NCBI RefSeq assembly: GCF_001194135.2
Contig: NC_068983.1
Coordinates: forward strand, 49,569,232 to 49,606,375
DNA length: 37,144 bases
Direction: 5' to 3'
Source: Octopus bimaculoides
Lineage: Eukaryota
A model generated the notes under the pieces. The model saw nothing but the letters and a program-made list of their open reading frames with translations, was not told the DNA's origin and made no database searches. The translations under genes were made by a program, and so were the position numbers. This document shows positions 11,896 to 23,899 of the stretch, piece after piece. Each line of letters opens with the position of its first letter. Position 1 is the stretch's first letter.

Positions 11896-12609
11896 ATATA
11901 ATGGCAAGGAAATGTAAGTGGCTTAGTGAAGGAACATTTTCTTGTGAGCCTACCGGAGGCAGCTTTATACTTTCATACTGTCTGCTATAAAATAATACTT
12001 TGCATTAATTTTATTTTATTTTTTTTATTTACATTAACGAAAATAAAGATGAAAAGACTGCACACATCATTTTCAATTTTCCTTAAAGAGAAATATTTGT
12101 CTAGGATTACTTACAGTAGGTTTTGAAATAGCTGCAAAGAACAGCATGAAAAAAATACTTTCCTCCGTTAACAAATTTGGATGCTGTTTTTTTTATTTGA
12201 GCCAGTGCATTTGGATCAAACTTCAGCATTTGGTATTAATAGGTTTGCACTTCCATAAAAATGCTTTCTTCATTAAGTAGCTGGGAGCTTTAGCAATTTT
12301 TTTCATCTCGGGCGCTTTGAAAACGCATATAATATTTTTGTGAACTACTTACATTAAGAAACAAATTGCTCTGTGTGTTTTTGAATATATTCAAAAAGCA
12401 TGGTTCAATATTGTCAATCATGGTGACCTAAGATGTCATAACTTTTGAGCTATGATTTGTTCACAGCTTGAGCTTGACTGAATTTGATCTACATAGCATG
12501 CTCAATCCATTGGTGAGATGGCACAAAGGTTTCGAATTGAGAGTTTTGATAACCCACCAAACCAAGCCTAGGCTTATTAGAAAATTGCTAACAAGGTAAC
12601 TCTGAATTA

Positions 12610-13066
<457 letters not shown>

Positions 13067-13103
13067 AGGACTTGGGAGATTAATATGAAATATTACATGA
13101 ATG

Positions 13104-13136
<33 letters not shown>

Positions 13137-13779
13137 ATACATTCTTGAATGTTACTGGTACTATGTTACCGAACGAAACTTGTTGCAGAGTTGAACCATC
13201 AGTGACTAAATGAGCAATACTTCCAAGCCTGGTGAATTTTGGACACTCTGCTGAATGTAAAATGCAACAAAGTGCGTATGAACTGAAGATAATCAACTGC
13301 TATTATTGAACAGTGAGAATGAGTGCTTAACACCACATTGGTGGATAAATTTTCTTTATTTGTGAGTAAACAAGGATACCAATAGTTTCAGAGAGATCTT
13401 CATAATTGTCTAAGCATGCAGCATGGAAACGTTGGTACTTGTCTCTATTTGGTATTATTGAACAATTGTAAAAATTTTATTTTACCTGAAACCATTGGTA
13501 GTCTTGTTACTCCACAAACAAAGTGTTTGTTTGTGTGCGTTTGCACGAAGTCTAAGACATTTCTGGTTTGTTATCTAGTGCATATTAATCCTGTGTTAGT
13601 CATAGCAAAAGCAACTAACACAGGAGATGGAGAATTTCAACAGAAAAGCCTGAAGAATGTGGTTTATTGAGATTGTGGAAAACATTGCATTTCCCAAAAT
13701 TGTGGCTAGATCTACATAAGACTTCATCACTGAATATAAACCATTTGCATGGGTAATTTAATTGTTATAATTCTTTCTA

Positions 13780-13985
13780 CTATAGGTGCAAGGCCTGAGA
13801 TTTGGAGTAAGGAGGATAGCCGATTACATCGACCTCAGTACTCAACTGGTACTTAATTTATCAACCACGAAATGATGACAGGTATAGTCGACTTTCGTGG
13901 AGTTTGAACTCAGAACATAGCAATGGGTGAAATACCGCTATGCATTTTGCCTGGGGTGCTAACGATTCTGCCAGCTCACCACCTT
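13780..13985 (-). mobile_element. tRNA-derived SINE (Deu/Nin-like core), older tail type
   Basis: ttctttctactataggtgcaaggcctgaga...ggtacttaatttatcaacc...gaactcagaac...tgctaacgattctgccagctcacc. Confidence 0.85.
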
Positions 13986-14384
13986 TCTAATTGTTATAAT
14001 ATTGGCAGTATGAATCTCATATGTTGATGCTGATGGCAGAAGCCACTAATACACAAACACACACACAAACACACTCACACACGCACAAACACACAGAGAC
14101 GTACACACAAGCACACACACACATACATGTACACCAAGGTCAGTGATCATATTAAAATAGTACTCATAATTTGACTAACTCTGTATTCCTTGGTAAAGTC
14201 AATGACTCACAATCTACAAATTCATTTTCATAAATTAATTTTAAAGCAAATTATTTCAGTAACTCTTCTCTAGTTTAAGAAAATAAATTTTTTTTTTATT
14301 CTAATTTTTTTTTTATTCTAATTTTTTTTAGCAAATAAAAATTTTTGGCAACCTGTTTAATATTACATTTTCAAATGAGTTGTT

Positions 14385-14551
<167 letters not shown>

Positions 14552-14874
14552 GGATGTTATAGAGTAAAAATTCTTGTCATTTGTATGATAATAATTTTGA
14601 TGGTTGTTTTGCAGGAATATTCACTCTCAGGATTCTGTCTGTTTCCATACATATCTGTAAAGACTCGCACAAGATACAGAAAATATCATTCATAGCCACT
14701 GCACATATACTACTTAAAGCACTTTTTAAAAAACAACAGACAATTCAGAACCAGAAGAAAATGCTGCAAATACCCAAGACACACAAATCTGCAATCAGTA
14801 ATACAGTGAACACATGCAGTGAAAAAATACAAAAGAATTTTTGAATCAATATTACAAGTCTCACAGTGCAATTT

Positions 14875-15162
14875 CTGTGCAACTCACACACAAACAAGCA
14901 TGCATGCATGCATGTGCATGCACACACATATATATATAGGCACACAGACACAAGCGTGAACACAGACACACATACATGCTCACATACACATGCTCACACT
15001 CATACACAAATGAGTGATTGCACAGATGCACACACAGACATGCACGCACACATACATATAGATGAGGATATACACACACTCATGAGCATACAAAAACACA
15101 CATACACATACACACACGCATGCACATATGCACACACACACACTAGCACACATGCACACACT
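14875..15162. repeat. Degenerate (CA)n/(CATG) tract
   Basis: Direct reading; source of the His/Thr and Cys/Val ORFs. Confidence 0.85.
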
Positions 15163-15293
15163 AAAGAGTCACCATCCAATTACAAAACCTAATCAGTGCA
15201 GCATGTCTGTTATGCAATCATCAACTAGTAACGGAGCACACATTTTACATATTCAAGATCCAATATCATAACATATGCAAAGCAGCCACTTGG

Positions 15294-15530
15294 CAGAATT
15301 ATAAGCTTGTAAGAAAGATTGCTTTGCAGTGTTTATTCTAGCACTCTCCAGTCTGAGTTCAAATCTTAATAGGGCCAAATTTTACGTCATCTTTTTGGGG
15401 TCGATATGACAGAATTGTGAGCATGTAAGAAAGATTGCTTTACAGTGATCGTTCTAATACTCTGCAGTCTGAGTTCAAATCTTAATGGAGTCAAATTTTC
15501 TGTCATCTTTTCGGGTTGATAAATAAAGTA
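15294..15530 (+). mobile_element. Tandem pair of SINE head-plus-core units (116-bp period)
   Basis: cagaattataagcttgtaagaaagattgc...gtctgagttcaaatcttaat...ggggtcgata starts at 15294 and again at 15410. Confidence 0.85.
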
Positions 15531-15619
15531 TGAGTCCTCTACTAAAATCCATTCTGTTTTTAATCTCAATCTTTTCTTTTTGTTCTGTTTTTTTCTTTTT
15601 TTTTTTTGCATTTGTCATT

Positions 15620-15770
15620 TCATTTGGAGGGTTTTAGTCAAATAAATCGATCCCAATACTTGATTTTAAAGCCTGGTACTTGTTCTGTTTGTCTCTTTGC
15701 TAAATCTGTAGGTTCTGAGAATATGCACAAACCAACATCGATTGCTAAGTGTTATTGGAGTACATACGTA
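15620..15770 (-). mobile_element. Diverged 3' half of the composite SINE
   Basis: Reverse complement of the 12865-13040 block (ttagtcaaataaatcgatccc...agcctggtacttgttctg...). Confidence 0.7.
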
Positions 15771-15835
15771 CATACATGCATGCATACATACATACATACA
15801 TACATACATACACACATGCATACATACATACATAC

Positions 15836-16053
15836 ATATGCTGAACTATTGAGGTATCTACAGCTACTCTAAGTTCAGGTTTATACCTGTAATTATTGGG
15901 GCACTGGGATATGTAACACACTGCCTAAATACCAATCGTGAGAAATTAGGCTTCTCAAAACCAGAAAGGAGAAAATTAATTCGAAGACTACAGATCGAAG
16001 CCATCACTGGAACTGTAAAAATCTGTAAAACTTTCCAGAATTTTATCATTTAA
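15836..16053 (+). mobile_element. R4/Dong-like (RLE-type) non-LTR retrotransposon C-terminus
   Basis: YAELLRYLQLL[frameshift]KFRFIPVIIGALGYVTHCLNTNREKLGFSKPERRKLIRRLQIEAITGTVKICKTFQNFII*, matching the restriction-like endonuclease C-terminal P(V/I)IIGALG...LQ..A..GT..I motif. Confidence 0.8.
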
Positions 16054-16061
16054 GAATATAT

Positions 16062-16380
16062 AAGCTTGGCACATGAAAAAACATTCGAGCGAGGTCGTTG
16101 CCAGTGCCACTGGACTAGCTCCTGTGTAGGTGGTACGTAAAAAATACCATTTTGAGCATGGCTATTGCCAGTACCGTCTGACTGGCCCTTGTGCCAGTGG
16201 CATGTAAAAGCATCCACTACACTCTCAGAGTGGTTAGCGTTAGGAAGGGCATTCAGCTGTAGAAACTCTGCCAAATCAGATTGGAGCCTGGTGCAGCCAT
16301 CTGGTTCGCCAGTCCTCAGTCAAATCATCCAACTCATGCTAGCATGGAAAGCGGATGTTAAACGATGATGATGATGATGT
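16062..16380 (+). mobile_element. RTE LINE 3'UTR fragment (repeat units, tail, (GAT)n)
   Basis: Same units and tail as 1149-1610 in the opposite orientation. Confidence 0.9.
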
Positions 16381-16439
16381 CTAGACATGCAAGTATATGC
16401 ATGAGAACACATACATAAAACAAAACATACAAATCTGCA

Positions 16440-16446
16440 TGTATTC

Positions 16447-16497
<51 letters not shown>

Positions 16498-16886
16498 CAT
16501 ACATACATACATACATACATACATACATGCAAAAATACCCTGGTGTTTGTGTTGAAATTCCAATGAAGGAGTCTTGGATCCAGGTTTGAGACTGGCTCTT
16601 TCTTTGTTGGCAAGAAATCTTGAAATAAAACTGAATAATGACATACAAAAAACATACATACATACATACTTATGTATGCCTATCAAATTCACTCACAAGG
16701 ATTTGGTTGGCTCAGACTTTTAATTGACAGCACTCTTTCAATGTGCCACAGAGTGGGATTGAACCTCAAACCATGCGTTTCAAAAGCAAAACATTTTACC
16801 ATGCCTATGTGTTTGTGTATATATATATGTATACATACATATATACATATACAGACATATGTGTATATATATATATATATACATAT

Positions 16887-16951
<65 letters not shown>

Positions 16952-16955
16952 GAGG

Positions 16956-16988
<33 letters not shown>

Positions 16989-16995
16989 TGAGAGA
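16440..16995. repeat. (GATA)n(CATA)n, (TA)n and (GA)n microsatellites with an embedded minus-strand SINE head (16672-16800)
   Basis: Direct reading; 16672-16800 is the reverse complement of the 12610-12745 head. Confidence 0.8.
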
Positions 16996-17002
16996 GATGG
17001 AT

Positions 17003-17200
17003 GAAACCTAAGGATGACATGCAATAAATTAGTGAAAGCTGATCTTAAGATGCTGAACCCAAATAAGTCGAAGACAAAAGCTGTAAACAAGATTCTGAGC
17101 TGGAAAAGACCCATCTAACTAATGCAAACAAGAAAAATGGACGTAAAATAAGGACAATGATGACGACGACGACGACGACGATGACGACGATGATGATGAT
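17003..17200 (+). mobile_element. Diverged RTE LINE 3' end
   Basis: [14 protein letters not shown] (RTE V..DL..L.L motif), then tail acccatctaactaatgcaaacaagaaaaatggacgtaaaat and (GAC/GAT)n. Confidence 0.6.
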
Positions 17201-17707
17201 GATTGTGATATATATTTGGCCAATTAAATGATTTAAGAGTAATAATTTTTATTGTTTTTCTATGTTATTTATTTCCTCTTTGGTTCCCAAATGGCTGCTG
17301 TATTTCACTTTCAAGTGAAAGACACATTGTACTAGCTTTCTATTTAAAATATTTATAAATTACTTATGCCAAACAGTTTTTATTAGTATGATTAATTCAC
17401 TCCCTTGTGCTGTTTGTTACAGTATTCATATGTACGTGTGTGGTATGATAAATTTCAACTTCGATATAGAAGAAGCAATTTATTCGTTTGAGATTCCAAT
17501 CCTTTGTTTAAGAGTTGTCTCAGATTTAATATATGTGCATGTGTGTGTTGGACTAAGGAGGTGAAATAATCCAAACATTTCACTTTTTTGTGTCAAATAG
17601 AATGATTTATAAGCTTGTCCTTTATAAAAATACACAGACACCCATAGATAAACACAATTATGTATATATCATACATAGTAAAAATAGCATATATATATAT
17701 ATATATA

Positions 17708-18232
17708 NNNNNNNNNNNNNNNNNNNNNNNNNNNNNNNNNNNNNNNNNNNNNNNNNNNNNNNNNNNNNNNNNNNNNNNNNNNNNNNNNNNNNNNNNNNNN
17801 NNNNNNNNNNNNNNNNNNNNNNNNNNNNNNNNNNNNNNNNNNNNNNNNNNNNNNNNNNNNNNNNNNNNNNNNNNNNNNNNNNNNNNNNNNNNNNNNNNNN
17901 NNNNNNNNNNNNNNNNNNNNNNNNNNNNNNNNNNNNNNNNNNNNNNNNNNNNNNNNNNNNNNNNNNNNNNNNNNNNNNNNNNNNNNNNNNNNNNNNNNNN
18001 NNNNNNNNNNNNNNNNNNNNNNNNNNNNNNNNNNNNNNNNNNNNNNNNNNNNNNNNNNNNNNNNNNNNNNNNNNNNNNNNNNNNNNNNNNNNNNNNNNNN
18101 NNNNNNNNNNNNNNNNNNNNNNNNNNNNNNNNNNNNNNNNNNNNNNNNNNNNNNNNNNNNNNNNNNNNNNNNNNNNNNNNNNNNNNNNNNNNNNNNNNNN
18201 NNNNNNNNNNNNNNNNNNNNNNNNNNNNNNNN
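17708..18232. other. Assembly gap (N run) inside (TA)n
   Basis: 525 N. Smaller gaps at 19920-19929, 20936-20961 and 32093-32102. Confidence 1.
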
Positions 18233-18300
<68 letters not shown>

Positions 18301-19325
18301 TAAATATATACATACATATACAAACACAGATATGCACATATTTATATGTACATGTGTGCGTGTGTATACACACATACACATACATGCCACTATGCAGAAG
18401 GAGAAGAAAAAAGACACCTCAGAAACTCGACAGTGAGTAAAATGATTTAACGTCTAATGCATTTGTGGAAACTTTTAGTTTTTGTTTCCAAACCATTCAG
18501 CTTCTGTTTCCGTACAAAAGCAAACTAAAATAAGTGGAAACCCCAAATGCACGGTCTAAGTCGTTTCGATTGATGCACTGTCAACGTTTTAACAGCTAAA
18601 CTTAAACTGACAAAACTTGAATATGTAATTTTGTAAAGAATTTCAATGTGTCTCTTCTGGTATACATTTATTTTAACATTGAACTGTCAAATGGGAGGAG
18701 TTTCCAGTGACATCAGATGAATTTTGAAATGCATTTTTTGCTTTTAAATTCATATTGTATTTGGTGTGAAATGGCAATGTGGCTTACAGTTTTCCAATGA
18801 TGTAATCACTGGTTTATCGTATATTAGATAACGATCGGGACAAAAGTTTTTTTAAACATGATAGAACAAATGTGCACAAATATGAAATGTATATTTTCAC
18901 ACTGACACACGTATACCTATGCATACACACACACTCATACATAATATGTATGTATGTACATACATGCTCAAATGTATATATCCATGTATATTTCTCTAAT
19001 CTATATACATATGTTGTGCAAAAACCAATAAACATACAATCAACAACACATTAAGGACCGAATTTGACTAATATAGCACTAGTTTAACACTTGTGAGTTA
19101 GAAAATAGTGTTTTAATGTTTTGGTCATTGGTTCTTAATAAATTACGGAAACCATAGGGGAGAGTAAAACAGATAAAGTAAAAAAGTGAGAGACAGGGCA
19201 GAGTGATAGAGGGAGAGAAATAGAAAGTAATAATATGTCTATAAAAGGAGTATAGCAACAAGTGCCTGTTCAGGCACTGATTTTCTACATATCGCTAATG
19301 AGGAGATGAGTCCTTGCTATCTCAA

Positions 19326-19393
19326 GTGGCTGAATGTCCGTCACTGATGAAACCAAAGAAGGTTGAAATCACATGTTCGAGTGGTCTCAGCAC
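19326..19393 (+). ncRNA. Candidate hammerhead-ribozyme-like motif
   Basis: CTGATGA-AACC-aaagaa-GGTT-GAAA-TCAC-atgttcga-GTGG-TC: core, 4-bp stem II, stem III and a GUC triplet are present; stem I is non-canonical. Confidence 0.4.
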
Positions 19394-19539
19394 AGGAGTT
19401 AGTGGGGAGTTATCTCCCTGCTAACAATATACAGAATTGTGCATTTTGCACCAAAAGCCTATAGGAAAATTTTTCTCATAGTATCTACCGCAGTAAAGCT
19501 AGTTCTAACAGAACATGGACTTTAAAGTAGGGATATATA

Positions 19540-19919
19540 CATATGTGTGTGTGTGTGTGTTTGTGTACCTGTGTTTGTCTCCCTCACCATCGCTTGACAA
19601 CCGAAGTAGGTGTGTTTACATCCCCGTAACTTAGTGGTTCAACAACAAAAAAGGCCGAATTTATTCAACTAATGGTGATGTTCCAGCATCGCGGCAGTTA
19701 AATGACTGAAACAAATAAAAGAATATATATATATATGTGGCCGTTGCCAGTACCGCCTGACTGGCTCCTGTAGGATTTTCGAGCGAGATCGTTGCCAGTG
19801 CCCCTGGACTGGCTTGTGCGGGTGGCACATAAAAGACACCATTTCGAGCGTGGCCGTTTTCGTGCGGGTGACACGTAAAAGCACCCACTACACTCTCTGA
19901 GTGGTTGGCGTTAGGAAGG
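19540..19919 (+). mobile_element. Composite-SINE 3' half (19540-19720) followed by an RTE 3'UTR fragment (19737-19919)
   Basis: catcgcttgacaaccg...gtaacttagtggttc...cagttaaatgactgaaacaaataaaag; then gttgccagt units and gtggttggcgttaggaagg, cut by a gap. Confidence 0.8.
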
Positions 19920-19929
19920 NNNNNNNNNN

Positions 19930-19966
<37 letters not shown>

Positions 19967-19969
<3 letters not shown>

Positions 19970-20268
19970 GGTGCAATGGCCCAGTGGTTAGGGCAGCTGA
20001 CTCGTGGTCGTAGGATCGTGGTTTCAAGTCCCAGACTGGGCGTTGTGAGTGTTTATTGAGCGGAAACAACTAAAACTCCACAAGGCTCCAGCAGGGAGTG
20101 GTGGTGAACCCTGCTGTACCTGTATTTCGGAGGGTCAACCTTGTCACACACTGTGACTCACTGAATCGCCCCGAGAACTACGTTAATGGCACACGTTAAT
20201 TTCATGAGCAAGCTGCTCCGTTGATCGGATCAACTGGAACCCTCGTCGTCTTAACTGACACAGTGCTA
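19967..20268 (+). mobile_element. Near full-length tRNA-derived SINE (separate family)
   Basis: A-box TGGCCCAGTGG (19977-19987), B-box GTTTCAAGTCC (20021-20031), ~230-bp body, flanked by (TA)n. The 3' part recurs at 26705-26790. Confidence 0.85.
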
Positions 20269-20302
20269 CGAATATATATATATATGTATGTATAGATATG
20301 TA

Positions 20303-20901
20303 TTTAATAACGTACCTCACACGGAAAGACACACACAATATGCACACTCATGCACTTACACACATACACTCACAGACAGATACACAGTCATATACAAAAT
20401 GTGATGTCGTTGTCGTCGTGGTATAAAACTCCTGTTTACAATAGCAAGATTGCAGCATGGAAGATGTTTGTATGCCACTCAAGAACATTCAAAAGCTGAT
20501 AGTTTCACTACAACATTTAAATTTCATTTGTGTCCAAATATTTTCGTCGCTTTGAAACTGCGACCTGTTCACTAACAAAACTTCGTGCTGCGTCTGAGAA
20601 AGTAACTGTTAATTCATGATATATGTGTTTAGGTACGTATGTGTTTATGTATGTGTGTCATAATGTATGTATGTGTGTGCATGTATATGTGTAAATCCGC
20701 ATGCATGTATATACGCATATACGTATGTATGTATGCATGTATGTATGTATGTATGAATGTAGGTATGTATGTCAGCATTTACGTATGTAAGTGTGTAGAC
20801 ATGTCTGCTTGTGCGTATATGCGTATCTACATGTAAATATATGTTTATGTACTGATATGTGTGTCTGTTCAAGTTGTATGCATAGCTGTTACTCTATTGA
20901 A

Positions 20902-20935
<34 letters not shown>

Positions 20936-21262
20936 NNNNNNNNNNNNNNNNNNNNNNNNNNTGTGTGTGTGTGTGTGTGTGTGTGTGTATGCTCTGAGCA
21001 CACGATCTCAGATGAAGTCACTTACTATGTGACAACTCCGTAAATAGAAAGATTATCTCTATGAAAAGTTATATTGTTTTAATCGAAATAAAAATAAAAT
21101 TTCGTATTGACAACGACCAGCCCTCACATACATATAGTATGTTTAATAACGTACCTAACGTGGAAAGACACACACATTGTGTGACATATGCACGCTCATA
21201 CACTCACGCACATACGTTCACAGACAGATACAGTCATATACAAAGTGTGACGTCGTCGTGGT
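20303..21262 (+). repeat. Dispersed direct repeat, ~120 bp (20303-20422 and 21142-21262)
   Basis: tttaataacgtacct..cggaaagacacacaca...cacagacagatac..agtcatatacaaa.tgtga.gtcgt.gt occurs twice, ~840 bp apart. Confidence 0.85.
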
Positions 21263-22229
21263 GGCGGTGGTTAGAATTAAAATTAAAATGATAGAAGTGA
21301 AACAATAAATCATATTGCAATATAAATGTTATTCTTTCGTTTTTATTCTTTGAGTTTTGACATGTAATACGAAACCACTGCCAATGTTGCTTTGTCTTAA
21401 TCCCCCAAATTTACATGTTGACAGTCAAGGGGTCTGATGTAAAATTGGATTTGATTTGGTTGAACCATTTGAGAATACATTGAGACAAAGTATTTCATAT
21501 ATAGATAGATCATTAATTATAATTGAGGGTTCACAAAGTACCAGCGTTGCAAGAAATAAGAGTAAAAATTACTCTGATAAGTCACCATTTCACTGAAAAA
21601 TACGACAGGCTGACGAAAATCAAGGAATGAACAAAATTTAAATTACCATTACAGCTAAAAGTCACAAGTGGAGATCACAGATTTACCTATATCACGTGAT
21701 TTTGAACTTTGAGATATTTCCCTTAATTCTCATCAGTAGGTCTCACTGTTAGCTAAGGGTTAAACTTATACTCACTTCGTGATGCCTATCAGAATTGTTA
21801 TATATAAATATATATATACAGACACATATATAAACATACATATTCACATACACATGTATAATATTCTCTCCAATAACCAATTTAAAGAGAATCAAGCAGA
21901 ACAATGTTCAATAATGGATGCAATACTTTACAAATGTAGAGTGTATTTTCATGTTACTTTAATCCTGTTATTCATTCATCATATACTAAATATCTCACTG
22001 TTTTGTCATGTCCAGCAGTGGTTAAAATATATATATAGGAAATATTTATAACGTTATGCCAGTCAAAATTTAATATGACAAAGGAAAAATAACACACAAA
22101 GTAATAATTTCTTAACTTAAATTTAACTTAAATTTGAGTAGGTATTTTTTAAAATCCTGAAACCATATAATGATCTAGATTGTATTAAATGGCCAAATGC
22201 CAAAATAAGGAACATCAGATGCAACAAGT

Positions 22230-22450
22230 TCTATAAAAAAATAAGCAGAAATCCAAATATTTTAATAACTTGCCCAAAACTGCCCTGGTTTTATCATACA
22301 ATCTTTCTGTTGTAACAAGAATGAAAAAATCTAAATGAAGAACTGTCCATCAAAATTTCACATTAATTTATATTCCAAGCATAACTTTGAAAACATCATA
22401 TTTATTTTACTAAATTCATTATTTTCAAAATTGATTGAAACAAAGTGACA
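22230..22450. mobile_element. Probable non-autonomous DNA transposon (MITE) remnant
   Basis: AT-rich block resembling a recalled common cephalopod MITE body (tactaaattcattattttcaaaattgattgaaacaaag); TIRs not resolved. Confidence 0.3.
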
Positions 22451-22631
22451 GAAATATGGAGAGAAATGCACATGAATAATTATAGTAACAATGAACTTTA
22501 TGTTCACAGCTCTCAAGTGCACTAGAAATCATCAGAGAATATAACTAAAAGTGCATGAACAAATCATAGAATAATGCACAAGAAGTAAGTCATTCAATGA
22601 AGAAAGGAAGAAAGAAAGGATAAAATAAAGT

Positions 22632-22820
22632 GGGGCGTCAGGTGTACTGTTGGTGAATTTGGGGAAGCAGGGGAGTTTTTAAGTATGTAGTATCCCCAAA
22701 GTTATCAACTGACGTGGGTAGTTTATTCTAGGCTTCAGCAATTCTGAGCCCGGAAAAATGTTTCCAACAGTCATATGTGCTGTGTTGTGTTTTGATTTTG
22801 TCAGAATGTCCACGAGTGTA
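22632..22820 (-). mobile_element. CR1-clade LINE ORF2 C-terminal remnant
   Basis: Minus strand: TRGHSDKIKTQHSTYDCWKHFSGLRIAEA*NKLPTSVDNFGDTTYLKT..., the classic CR1 TRGH...FF..RV...WN.LP..VV motif. Confidence 0.85.
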
Positions 22821-23029
22821 AGACATATGGAATTCAAAATATATTCATTATATTGGATTCATAACACATAGGTCAGAATTGCTTAAATATGATATTATTT
22901 ATTTAATATATTTTATTCAAAATTTTTCAGAAAATTTTTCGGAAAAGAGAAGCAACCAAATATTAAAAATATAACATTTACTTTTGACACTTTACAAATT
23001 AATTATCAAAATACTGTTTGTAGCAATCA

Positions 23030-23230
23030 AAAATAATCTTTCAAATTTTGCACATGACCATCAGTCTCTGGAGAGAAGGGGATAAGTTCATTATATCGAC
23101 CTCAAAGTCCTAGTACTTATTTTATCAATCTCACAAAACTGAAAAGTAATGTTGACCTCAGCAGAATTTCAACTCGGAATGTAAAAAGCTTGGAAAAATA
23201 TTGCTAAGTAATTAGTCTAGTCCACTAATG
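23030..23230 (-). mobile_element. Old tRNA-derived SINE (Deu/Nin-like core)
   Basis: tagtacttattttatcaatctc...gttgacctcagcagaatttcaactcggaatg. Confidence 0.7.
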
Positions 23231-23246
23231 AATCTGTCAGCTTCTT

Positions 23247-23775
23247 CATCATCATCATCATCATCATCATCCTTGTTTTATGTCCGCTTTCCAATCTAGC
23301 AAACTGTCCACTGTCCATGTTGGACTGTTTAACCAAGCACTGGCAAGCCAGGAAGTTGCACCAGGCTCCAATCTGATCTGGCAAAGTTTTTGTAGCTGGA
23401 TGCCCTTCCAACCGCTCATAGAATGTAGTGGGCGAGTTGGCAGAAACGTTAGCACGCCGGGCGAAATGCTTAGCAGTATTTCGTCTGCCGTTATGTTCTG
23501 AGTTCTAATTCTGCCGAGGTCGACTTTGCCTTTCATCCTTTTGGGGTTGATTAAATTAAGTACCAGTTACGCACTGGGGTCGATGTAATCGACTTAATCT
23601 TCTTGTCTGTCTTTGTTTGTCCCCTCTATGTTTAGCCCTTTGTGGGCAATAAAGAAATAAGAATGTAGTGGGTGTTTTTCACATGCCACCAGCACAGAAG
23701 CCAGTCAGGCAGTACTGGTATCATCCACGCTTGAATGGTGCTTTTATGTGCCACTGGCACAGGAGCCAGTCAGGT
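23247..23775 (-). mobile_element. RTE LINE 3'UTR fragment interrupted by a SINE
   Basis: (CAT)n, tail and repeat units; resumes at 23660 after the inserted SINE. Confidence 0.85.
23433..23659 (+). mobile_element. Full-length young tRNA-derived SINE with target-site duplication
   Basis: gcgagttggcagaaacgttagcacg...gagttctaattc...aataaagaaata, flanked by agaatgtagtggg at 23420-23432 and 23660-23672. Confidence 0.93.
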
Positions 23776-23899
23776 GGCACTGGCATCGACCATGCTCAGA
23801 TGACAAATAAAAAATATATGAAATATCTCGATTAGAAATATACAAAATATCTTAATTTCTTCTATCAGATTTATAATACTTGTTTCAACTTTTGGCGTA

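Noticed and set aside
19967-20045. tRNA gene
   Set aside because: A and B boxes are present, but there is no complete cloverleaf and it continues into a repeated SINE body.
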